DNA from: an uncultured Actinomycetota bacterium
GTDB taxonomy: Bacteria; Actinomycetota; Actinomycetes; JAFAQI01
Direction: 5' to 3'
Length of the DNA: 64,000 nt
NCBI GenBank assembly: GCA_963814845.1
Contig: CAWFEP010000007.1
Coordinates: 64,225 to 128,224, forward strand
Positions 47,641 through 55,503 of the stretch are shown here, in pieces. Position 1 is the stretch's first letter. Each line of letters starts with the position of its first letter. A program made the translations under genes and the position numbers. The notes beneath the pieces are model-generated. The model was not told where the DNA came from. It made no database searches and saw nothing but the letters and a program-made list of their open reading frames with translations.

Positions 47641-50027
47641 GTGACGCAGGCGCTTGACGAGATCAAGATCGGCGGCATGGGCGCGAGCCGCAAGCGCGTC
47701 GAGGACAACCGCTTCATCCGAGGCAGAGGCAACTACGTCGACGACATTGTGCTGCCGGGAATGCTTCACATGGAGATCCTGCGCAGCCCGCTGGCACATG
47801 CCCGGATCAAGTCGATCGACACCTCCAAGGCCTGGGAGATCCTGGCGTCCGCCTCGTGCTCACGGGGGAGATGATGGCAACGCGCAACCTGGCCTGGATG
47901 CCAACGCTGTCCTATGACACCCAGGCGGTGCTCGCTACCGACAAGGTGCGTTTCCAGGGCCAGGAAGTCGCCTGCGTGATCGCCGATGATCCCTATATCG
48001 CCAAGGATGCTTGCGAGCTCATCGTCGTCGACTACGAACCGCTGCCCGTGATCGTCAACCCGATGCAGGCCAAGGCCGAGGGCGCGCCGATTATTCGGGA
48101 TGACAAGGAGGGTCAGGACAGCAACGTCGTCTTCGACTGGGAGGTGGGTGATCGGGCCGGCACCGACGCTGCCTTCGCTCGCGCCGACCTGGTCTCGAAG
48201 CTCGAGCTGCACTACCCAAGGTCACATCCCTCCCCCATGGAGTGCTGCGGCTCGATCGCCGACTTCAATCGCGCCACGTCAAAGCTGACCGTCTATATGA
48301 CGACACAAGCGCCACACATCATTCGTGCCGCCGTCGCGCTGGTCGCCGAGCTCCCCGAGCACATGATTCGCATCGTCTCCCCCGACCTCGGCGGCGGCTT
48401 CGGCAACAAAGTGCCGGTCTACCCCGGTTACGTCATGTCGATCCTCGCCTCGATCCTGCTCGAGGCGCCGGTGAAGTGGATCGAGGACAAGTCCGGCAAT
48501 CTCATCTCCACCGGGTTCGGCCGCGACGTCTATCTCAAGGGTGAGATGGCGCTGCGCCGGGACGGCAAGATCCTTGCGATCCGCATGCACACCGACTCCG
48601 ACCACGGCGCCTTCTTTTCCGATGCCCAGCCGAGCAAGTTCAAGATCGGCCTGATGCACTCGGCGTTCTCCTGCTACGACATCCCGTACGCACACCTCAC
48701 CGCGCAGGGCACCTACACCAACAAGGCGCCGGGTGGAGTGGCGTACCGATGCTCATTCCGGGTCACCGAGGCGATGTTTTTCCAGGAACGGATGGTACAA
48801 GCCGCAGCCGACGACCTCGGCATGGACCAGGCGGAGTTCCGGCGAATGAACTTCGTTCGCGACGACGACTTCCCCCACCGCACACCGTTCGGCTTCCTGA
48901 CCGATTCCGGTCAGTACGGCAAGTGTCTCGACGTCGGCCTTGAAGCCGTGGGTTACCAGGACTTCCTCAAGCAGAAGGAGGAGGCCAAGTCGCGGGGGCG
49001 GCTGCTCGGCATCGGCATCTCGACGATGACCGAGCCACTCGGCGCCGGCAACAGCCGGGAGTACGACATCCTGGGCATAAAGATGTTCGACTCCGCCGAG
49101 CTGCGGGTTCACATGACCGGCAAAGCAATCCTGCGGACCGGCGCAAAGACACAGGGCCAGGGTCACGAGACGACCTGGGCGCAGATCGTCAGCCACGAGC
49201 TCGGCCTTCCGGCCGAGGACATCGTGGTGGAAGAAGGCGACACCGACACCGCGCCATTCGGCATGGGAACGTACGCGTCGCGAAGCACGCCAGTCGCCGG
49301 TGCCGCGGTCGCGATGGTCTCGCGAAAGGTACGCGCCAAGGCACGCAAACTCGCGGCCCACCTGCTCGAGGTGTCAGAGGAAGACGTCGAGTGGGAGCTC
49401 GGTCGGTTCTACATTCGCAGCGCACCTGATCGCGGCGTCACGATCCAGGAGTGCGCGATGGCGGCCTACAGCAACATGCCGGACGGCATGGAGCCCGGCC
49501 TCGAGAACGTTGCTTACTACGATCCGCCCAACCTGACGTGGCCGTTTGGTTGTTACATCGCCACCGTCGAGGTCGACCCGGAGACCGGGGTGTGGGACGT
49601 GTTGAACATGATCGCGGTCGACGACTGCGGTGTGCGGATCAACCCGATGATCGTCGAGGGCCAGATCATGGGTGGGCTGACCGAGGCGTACGCCATGGCC
49701 AACATGCAATTCATCACCTTCGACGCTGAGGGCAACTGCGTCGGATCCAATTACATGGACTACTTGTTGCCGACGGCATGGGAGACCCCGGGGTTCGAGC
49801 TGCATGAGGTTGTCACGCCGTGCCCACACCACCCGATCGGCGCGAAGGGCGTCGGCGAGTGCGCGACCGTCGGGGGCCCGGCCGCATTTGTCAACGCCGT
49901 GATCGATGCACTGAAAGGAACCGGTGTTCGCAACATCGACATGCCCCTGCTTCCGGACCGTGTCTATGAAGCACTCACGATGAAACACGACGTCTCCGGA
50001 CATCCGCCGGTCAAGTCGGACGACTGA
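47641..50027 (+). pseudogene. coxL: form-I aerobic CO dehydrogenase large (Mo-Cu) subunit, reading frame broken once near codon 67
   Basis: GTG 47641 follows AAGGAG. ORF 47641..47874 reads ...HARIKSIDTSKAWEI and then goes out of frame. ORF 47856..50027 continues the family sequence. The sense join ...SKAWEIPGVRLVLTGEMMATRNLAWMPTLS needs one more C in gagatcctggc (47838-47846). The form-I active-site signature VAYRCSFR is encoded at about 48738-48761. Confidence 0.85.
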
Positions 50028-50036
50028 GGAGCCGCA

Positions 50037-50618
50037 ATGCTGATCAAGAGCGACTTCGAAGTTGCCCAGCCAATCGACAAGGTCTGGGCGTTCTTCCAGG
50101 ACATCGCCGGCGTCGCTGCCTGCCTGCCGGGTGCGGAGCTGACTGATGATCTCGGCGACGACAAGTACCTCGGCAAGGTGGCCATTCGCATGGGACCGGT
50201 GAAGCTGGCATTTGCCGGCACCGCCAACATCACCGAGCGCGACGACGCCGCGAAGCGCATCGTCGTCGATGCCGCCGGCGCCGACGAAAAAGGACGCGGC
50301 CAGGCCAGCATGCTGGTGACAGCTACCCTGCTGCCCGCCGGTGCTGGCACGAAGGTCGATGTCACTCAAGACGTGCAGCTCTCAGGTGCCGCAGCGCAAT
50401 ATGGCCGCGGCATGATCTCCGACGTCACCGCCGTGCTGATGCGGCAGTTCGCGACGAATTTGCAGACTCGTATCGATGCGGCCGAGCGGGGCGAAGCCGG
50501 CGCACTCACCTCGGCCGCACCGGCGAGCGGTCTTGCCATCGGCTTGCGCGCAATGATGATGGCGCTCAGCCGAGTCTTGCGACGATTTTTTGCGCCCTAC
50601 CAGCCCAACCCGAACTGA
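50037..50618 (+). CDS. coxG: CoxG (SRPBCC-fold CO dehydrogenase subunit G)
   Basis: MLIKSDFEVAQPIDKVWAFFQDIAGVAACLPGAELTD...YLGKVAIRMGPVKLAFAG is the typical CoxG N-terminus. Confidence 0.8.
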   Translation: MLIKSDFEVAQPIDKVWAFFQDIAGVAACLPGAELTDDLGDDKYLGKVAIRMGPVKLAFAGTANITERDDAAKRIVVDAAGADEKGRGQASMLVTATLLPAGAGTKVDVTQDVQLSGAAAQYGRGMISDVTAVLMRQFATNLQTRIDAAERGEAGALTSAAPASGLAIGLRAMMMALSRVLRRFFAPYQPNPN

Positions 50619-50630
50619 GAGGACGAACGC

Positions 50631-50885
50631 ATGGTCCTGTGGTGGATCGGCAACGCGATCCTGCTGGTGGCAGTGGTTCCCATCCTCGTCGCATTGCTCA
50701 ACCGGGTGCTCGCCGCGCTCGAGCGCATCCGGGGCGCGACCGATGACATCCTCGCCGGCGGGGTCGCGCTGACCGGCTATCTCGACGATGTCCCGGAAGC
50801 ACTCGCCGTCACTGACCGCGTTATCGACGAAGTCGCTGTCGGCGCCGTCCGCTATGCGGGCTCCGTCGCCAAGCTACTCGGCTGA
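50631..50885 (+). CDS. small single-TM protein, member 1 of a five-gene array
   Basis: 84 aa. One TM (WWIGNAILLVAVVPILVALL) is followed by a helical tail LERIRGATDDILAGGVALTGYLDDV. GAGAGGA RBS is present. The gene starts 12 nt after coxG. Confidence 0.55.
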   Translation: MVLWWIGNAILLVAVVPILVALLNRVLAALERIRGATDDILAGGVALTGYLDDVPEALAVTDRVIDEVAVGAVRYAGSVAKLLG

Positions 50886-50901
50886 GTTGGAGGAGACTGA
50901 C

Positions 50902-51129
50902 ATGCCCGCTGCTGCCTGGGTCACCCTGGTCATCACCTTTCTGATCATCGCCGCTGCTGCCCTCGGTCTGATCCGCGTGATCTTCCATCTCAAAGTCATC
51001 CGATACACCCTCGGCACGGTCGTCGTTGGTGTGATGGTTGTCGCGCACCAGACGCGAACCGTGCCCGAGGTGTTGCCGTCGGTGAACGCCAATCTCAAGC
51101 CTGTCCGCGACTTCTGCGAATCGGTCTGA
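50902..51129 (+). CDS. small single-TM protein, member 2 of the array
   Basis: 75 aa from ATG 50902 (GGAGGAG RBS). One TM (WVTLVITFLIIAAAALGLI) is followed by LKVIRYTLGTVVVGV... Confidence 0.5.
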   Translation: MPAAAWVTLVITFLIIAAAALGLIRVIFHLKVIRYTLGTVVVGVMVVAHQTRTVPEVLPSVNANLKPVRDFCESV

Positions 51130-51151
51130 GAGCCGGGAAGAGGAGACAGGC

Positions 51152-51343
51152 ATGGTCGAGTTCAACTGTGGCAGCCCCGTCTGCAAGACCCACTTCGCGG
51201 CGCCCACGATGGACGAACTGATGGGCAAGGTCGCTCGCCACGTGGTCGTTGCGCATCGGATCCCCTCTCCGACCAAGTCACTGGTCGAATTCGTTGTCGC
51301 CAACTGCATCACCGAGACCCCCACGACCGGAAGGGCGGGCTGA
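51152..51343 (+). CDS. DUF1059-like small protein
   Basis: 63 aa. FNCGSPVCKTHFAAPTMDELMGKVARHVVVAH fits the remembered DUF1059 pattern (F.CG...C...F.A.T.DEL...V..H....H). Confidence 0.55.
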   Translation: MVEFNCGSPVCKTHFAAPTMDELMGKVARHVVVAHRIPSPTKSLVEFVVANCITETPTTGRAG

Positions 51344-51344
51344 C

Positions 51345-51650
51345 ATGGGCCTTGCTACCGCCACAGCGCATCCGCTGGCTGCTGCCGTTCTCGCCGCACC
51401 CAGCAAGTCGACCGGTGGCTGGGTCGTCGGTTACGTCATCGCCATTGTCGTCGTGCTAGTCGTCGTCGCGCTCGTCGTGCCGATCCTGTTGCTCGCACGC
51501 TCGATCGGCAACGAGGCGAAAATGATCAACGACTCGCTCACTCAGTCAGTGCACAACACTGCGGCGTTAGCCGACCTGAACACCACCATCGAGCACGCCA
51601 CGATCATCATCGACGGACTCAAGCGCGGCCGCATCAGGCTAGGAGGCTAG
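51345..51650 (+). CDS. small single-TM protein, member 3 of the array
   Basis: 101 aa from ATG 51345, 1 nt after the previous stop. One TM (WVVGYVIAIVVVLVVVALVVPILLL) is followed by ARSIGNEAKMINDSLTQSVHNTAALADL. Confidence 0.5.
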   Translation: MGLATATAHPLAAAVLAAPSKSTGGWVVGYVIAIVVVLVVVALVVPILLLARSIGNEAKMINDSLTQSVHNTAALADLNTTIEHATIIIDGLKRGRIRLGG

Positions 51651-51653
51651 GCA

Positions 51654-51962
51654 ATGTCTCACCACGTGACCTATCAGGCGATCGCGCTGACCTCGACCCA
51701 GCGGCACCTGTGGTGGGGCGCGATCATCGGCGGGTTCGTCATCGTGCTTGCGGTCGCTGCGCTGCTGACCGTCCTCGTGATGTTGGTGCGCACCATCGAC
51801 CAGCGTGTGGTCATGGTGCGCGACACCCTGAAAGAGGCCGTCGCCAACACCGCCGACACTGCCCTGATCGGCACTACCGCGCTGGGTGTCGACGCGGTTC
51901 TCGCTGAAGGCCTCGAGCACCATTTGTTCTTGGGCCGCGTACTCGCAAAGGTGAGGACCTGA
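51654..51962 (+). CDS. small single-TM protein, member 4 of the array
   Basis: 102 aa with a GGAGG RBS. One TM (WWGAIIGGFVIVLAVAALLTVLVML) is followed by VRTIDQRVVMVRDTLKEAVANTADTAL. Confidence 0.5.
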   Translation: MSHHVTYQAIALTSTQRHLWWGAIIGGFVIVLAVAALLTVLVMLVRTIDQRVVMVRDTLKEAVANTADTALIGTTALGVDAVLAEGLEHHLFLGRVLAKVRT

Positions 51963-51966
51963 CGCA

Positions 51967-52329
51967 ATGATCGTGCTTTCGGTGATTGACATCGTCCTGC
52001 TCATCGCAGGGCTGGCGTTCTACTTGTTCGTGGTGGGTGGCCAGTTGACGCGGATCGCCACCAACCTCGAGGAGTGCGCGGACCTGGTGCGAGAGGTCGC
52101 GGCAAATGCCGAGCCGATCGCGGCTGGAGTCGAGCACATCAACCGCACCGGGGGCGTCGTCGCGGGTGCACTGCCACTTCTCTACGGCATGGCCGAAGGC
52201 ATCGTCGCGGGAGCGACCTACCAGCCTGCCGAGCCCGCCGAGCGCCCAGCCGCAAAGCCAGCGATGGGTCGCCGGCGGTCTCGGCTGCACGACGGCGTCG
52301 GCTACTCTCCGGACAAAACCGTGGTTTAG
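51967..52329 (+). CDS. small single-TM protein, member 5 of the array
   Basis: 120 aa. One TM (VIDIVLLIAGLAFYLFVVGG) is followed by LTRIATNLEECADLVREVAANAEPIAAGV and a basic/Pro-rich tail. Confidence 0.5.
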   Translation: MIVLSVIDIVLLIAGLAFYLFVVGGQLTRIATNLEECADLVREVAANAEPIAAGVEHINRTGGVVAGALPLLYGMAEGIVAGATYQPAEPAERPAAKPAMGRRRSRLHDGVGYSPDKTVV

Positions 52330-52347
52330 CCACCGCGGCGGCGGTGG
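52330..52347. terminator. perfect GC hairpin between convergent operons
   Basis: CCACCGC-GGCG-GCGGTGG lies directly after the stop at 52329 and 8 nt before the convergent stop at 52355. Confidence 0.5.
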
Positions 52348-52354
52348 GGCGCCG

Positions 52355-52789
52355 CTACTCGGGCTCGCGGCCGGTCGTGAGTGGGCCGGTGGTGGGGGCG
52401 TTGTCGTAGCCGCCGATCCATTCGTCCCTCCACGCCTTGTCGTACTGCTGCTCGTTGCAGGCGGGCTGGTAGATCGCGCTCAACTCCTGCGCCATTCGTT
52501 CCCGATGGGAGGGCGTGCCACCCGGCACAACGTAGGTGCAGATGTAGACCTTCCAACGGCTGCCCGCCCGGCGCACCCAACACTTCGCCCGCGGATGGTT
52601 GAACGGCAGCCGCTCGGTGCTGAGATCCTCGGAGTGTCCGACATATATGACGGCGTACTGCTCCGGCTTGGTGTCGGGATCTGGTTTATAGACGATCGCG
52701 TACACCGCCGGCGTCGAAGGCGGTGTCCACCCAGCGAGCACCCGCGGACCTTCGAACGGATAGCCGGCGAGCGAACCGAGCCGGATCAT
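52355..52789 (-). CDS. GIY-YIG-superfamily-like domain protein (144 aa)
   Basis: PAVYAIVY (GIY-like strand), VIYVGHSEDLSTERL (YIG-like strand plus Arg), and RERMAQELSAIYQPACN (conserved Glu and the P.xN end). Order and spacing match the UvrC N-terminal GIY-YIG domain as I remember it. Confidence 0.55.
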   Translation of the reverse strand: MIRLGSLAGYPFEGPRVLAGWTPPSTPAVYAIVYKPDPDTKPEQYAVIYVGHSEDLSTERLPFNHPRAKCWVRRAGSRWKVYICTYVVPGGTPSHRERMAQELSAIYQPACNEQQYDKAWRDEWIGGYDNAPTTGPLTTGREPE

Positions 52790-53097
52790 CCGACCTCGTC
52801 GATGTCGACCGCGTCAACGAGGTCTTCGAGGTCGTCGGCCTCACTCATCGCGTCGAGCCGCACGATCGGCCACGTCGGCAGCCCCGCGCGCGCGGCAGCT
52901 GCCAGGAACTCAGCGGTCGCCAGCTCGCCCGCGTCCTTGACGCTTTCGGCTTCGACCACGATCTGGGCGCCATATCGGTTGGTGCCAATCCCACTTGCGA
53001 TCCCGCTGCTCTTAGCGACTGCGTCAGCGAGCTCGACGACTTCTTCCAGTGTCAGCACCCGGTCGCCCTCGGCCTCAATGGCAACGCTCCACCTCAC
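52786..53097 (-). CDS. hypothetical small acidic protein (103 aa) coupled to the GIY-YIG-like gene
   Basis: GTG 53097 follows GGGAG. The protein reads VRWSVAIEAEGDRVLTLEEVVELADAVA...YGAQIVVEAESVKDAGELATAEFLAAAARAGLPTWPIV. Its stop overlaps the next start (ATGA). The longer track ORF (to 53214) would overlap the VWA gene. Confidence 0.45.
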   Translation of the reverse strand: MRWSVAIEAEGDRVLTLEEVVELADAVAKSSGIASGIGTNRYGAQIVVEAESVKDAGELATAEFLAAAARAGLPTWPIVRLDAMSEADDLEDLVDAVDIDEVG

Positions 53098-53125
53098 CGG
53101 GCGCTCCCTGTCCTCTATCGGTCCG

Positions 53126-54271
53126 CTATCGCAACTCGGGCAACAGCTCGGCGAGCTCTTCCAGGCTACGAAGATCGTGGCCGGACAACACCAGGTCGAT
53201 GTGCGGTGCCGCAACCATCATCCCGAGCGTGCTCGGCGCGAAGTCAAGGTTATTGCCTTTGTGGGGGTTCATCCACACGACGCGATAACACAGCCGTGAC
53301 AGGCGTTCCATCGCCGTAGCGAGCACCCCTGGATCGCCACGATCCAGCCCGTCGGAGCAGATCACGACGATGCCGCCGCGGCACAGTCCTCGCCGGCCCC
53401 ACTCCCGGACGAAGGTGCCGAGTGACTCGCCGATCCGTGTGCCGCCCTCCCAGTCGAAGACTGTCTTGGCGGCGCGCTCGAGGGCATCGTCGGCGTGCCG
53501 GCGCTCGAGCGCCTTGGTGATGCGCGTCAGCCGCGTGCCGAAGCAGAACACCTCGACACGGGTGTCCGCCCGCCTCGCGGAGTAGGCAAACTGCAACAGG
53601 TTGCGCGAATAGTCCGCCATCGACCCGGACACGTCGAGGATCAAGATCAGCGGGCGGAGCCGCAGCCGGCGCCTACGCCACAGCAGCCGCGCCGGGTCGC
53701 CATGCATCCGCATCGTCTCGCGAACCGTTCGACGCAGATCCGGTGTACGTCCGGATCGGGCCGGGACCGAGCGACGGGTGCGGCGCCGCGGCGGCTGCAA
53801 GCGGATGCGGGTCATGATCCGGCGAAGCGCCGCCAGCTCCTCTGGCGTGCAGGCGGCGAAGGACTTGCCCTTCAGCACCGCGGCGTCCGATGCCATCAGT
53901 CCCAGCCGCGCCTCCTCCTCATCGTGACCGTCCTTGCCCGGCTCAGTCGCCGGGACCTGCAGCACTGACTGGGTCTGCTCCTTCGCCTCGGCTTGCGTGA
54001 GCTTCAGCGGCTCCGGCAGATCAGCACCCTCGTCGAGGAAGAACCCGCGAAACACCCGGTCGTACACCGCAATGTTGTCGCGGCGGGTGACCAAGGTGGT
54101 CCGGCCCGCCCAGTACAGATCGACCATGTCGCTTGGATCAAGCGGCGCCATCGCCGCGCAGTAGGTCAGGATGTCGCCGGAGCCAACCGGCAGCCCGGCA
54201 CGACGCAGCTCGTGCGCGAAGTCGACCAGCACGGTGACGAACGGAGCCTCGGAAGTAGCGGAGCTAGGCAC
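53126..54271 (-). CDS. VWA-domain protein (CoxE-like)
   Basis: The VWA domain carries the MIDAS-type motif ILILDVSGSM and sits in the C-terminal half. GTG 54271 overlaps the MoxR stop by 8 nt. Confidence 0.8.
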   Translation of the reverse strand: MPSSATSEAPFVTVLVDFAHELRRAGLPVGSGDILTYCAAMAPLDPSDMVDLYWAGRTTLVTRRDNIAVYDRVFRGFFLDEGADLPEPLKLTQAEAKEQTQSVLQVPATEPGKDGHDEEEARLGLMASDAAVLKGKSFAACTPEELAALRRIMTRIRLQPPRRRTRRSVPARSGRTPDLRRTVRETMRMHGDPARLLWRRRRLRLRPLILILDVSGSMADYSRNLLQFAYSARRADTRVEVFCFGTRLTRITKALERRHADDALERAAKTVFDWEGGTRIGESLGTFVREWGRRGLCRGGIVVICSDGLDRGDPGVLATAMERLSRLCYRVVWMNPHKGNNLDFAPSTLGMMVAAPHIDLVLSGHDLRSLEELAELLPELR

Positions 54272-55139
54272 CGGAGGTGATCTCTTCGAGGTGGCCAGCC
54301 ACCAGCTCGAGGTCGTCACGTTCCTTCAGCACCGAACCGAGGGTGTCCCCGGCAACCCGTGCGTCGAGGTCGGTCTCACCGAGCACGTCGAGCGTGCGCA
54401 CCCAGTCAATCGTCTCCGCGACTCCGGGCGGCTTCGCGAGGTCGAGGTCTCGCAGCCGGTGCACCGCCGCGACGACCTTGCGAGTCAACTCGGCGGACAC
54501 CCCAGGCTCTCGCACCAGCACGATCTCCACCTCGCGCTCGGCACTGGGGTATCCGATCCAGTGGTAGAGACAGCGCCGCTTCAACGCATCGTGGAGCTCG
54601 CGGGTGCGATTGGAGGTGAGGATGACCAGCGGCGCACTGTCTGACGTGATCGTGCCGATCTCCGGAATGCTCACCTGGAAATCCGACAACACCTCGAGTA
54701 GGAACGCCTCGAACTCATCGTCAGCGCGGTCGATCTCGTCAATCAGCAGGACTGCCTGGTCGCCAGCACGCACTGCTTCCAGCAACGGCCGCTCGAGGAG
54801 GAACTTCGGGCCGAACAGCTTGTCGACTGCACCCTCCTCGTCGAGGTGCTGCTCGGACAATGCGCGGATCGCGAGCATCTGCCGGGCGTAGTCCCACTCG
54901 TACAACGCCTGATTGGTCTCGATGCCCTCATAGCACTGCAGTCGAATCAGCCTGCGGCCGAAAACCGCCGCGAGCGTCTTCGCCACCTCGGTCTTGCCGA
55001 CACCGACCTCGCCCTCGAGCAGGATCGGTCGATCGAGGGAGAGCGCGACGAACAATGCGGTGGAAAGACCTCGGTCAGCGAGATAGCCGCCGTCCTTGAG
55101 GATGCCGGTAAGCGCAGCGACAGTTTCCGGACGATCCAT
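54264..55139 (-). CDS. MoxR-family AAA+ ATPase (CoxD-like)
   Basis: 291 aa. Walker A reads LLEGEVGVGKTEVAKTLA and Walker B reads LLIDEIDRADDEFEAFLLEVL. Confidence 0.9.
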   Translation of the reverse strand: MDRPETVAALTGILKDGGYLADRGLSTALFVALSLDRPILLEGEVGVGKTEVAKTLAAVFGRRLIRLQCYEGIETNQALYEWDYARQMLAIRALSEQHLDEEGAVDKLFGPKFLLERPLLEAVRAGDQAVLLIDEIDRADDEFEAFLLEVLSDFQVSIPEIGTITSDSAPLVILTSNRTRELHDALKRRCLYHWIGYPSAEREVEIVLVREPGVSAELTRKVVAAVHRLRDLDLAKPPGVAETIDWVRTLDVLGETDLDARVAGDTLGSVLKERDDLELVAGHLEEITSGA

Positions 55140-55170
55140 CCAGCGCTCTCCTCGCCGACGTCAGCTGCAG

Positions 55171-55434
55171 CTAGGAGCGGGGAGCGTCGACGCCAAGGAC
55201 CAGGTCACGGATGCTGCCGCCCGAGGTGTTGAGCTTGCCTTCGCGCTCCAGCCGGTCGCGCCAGGCCTGCCGCAGGTCACTACCCGGCTCGGCCATGCCG
55301 TCGAAGCTGACGTCCTTCATGTTGCGGCACACCTTTTTGGCGGGAAAGTCGTCATCGACGTCAGTCGACGGCAGACCGTCGGCGCTCCAGACCGCACGAA
55401 GCACTTCGACCGCTTCATCCGGCTCGCGAGTCAT
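55171..55434 (-). CDS. hypothetical protein (87 aa)
   Basis: The ORF lies directly upstream of the MoxR gene on the same strand. No family recognised. Confidence 0.35.
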   Translation of the reverse strand: MTREPDEAVEVLRAVWSADGLPSTDVDDDFPAKKVCRNMKDVSFDGMAEPGSDLRQAWRDRLEREGKLNTSGGSIRDLVLGVDAPRS

Positions 55435-55503
55435 CCCAGCATCCTTTCGCCGGTGGTGTTCTTGCCCCTCAACTGTAGGCCACCGCCGCCCGATTTGCGC
55501 CGA

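Noticed and set aside
47838-47874. Programmed ribosomal frameshift in coxL
   Set aside because: No slippery heptamer (X XXY YYZ) or downstream structure is evident at the junction. The break sits in a short C run, like most of the other frame breaks in the window, so mutation or assembly error is the simpler reading.
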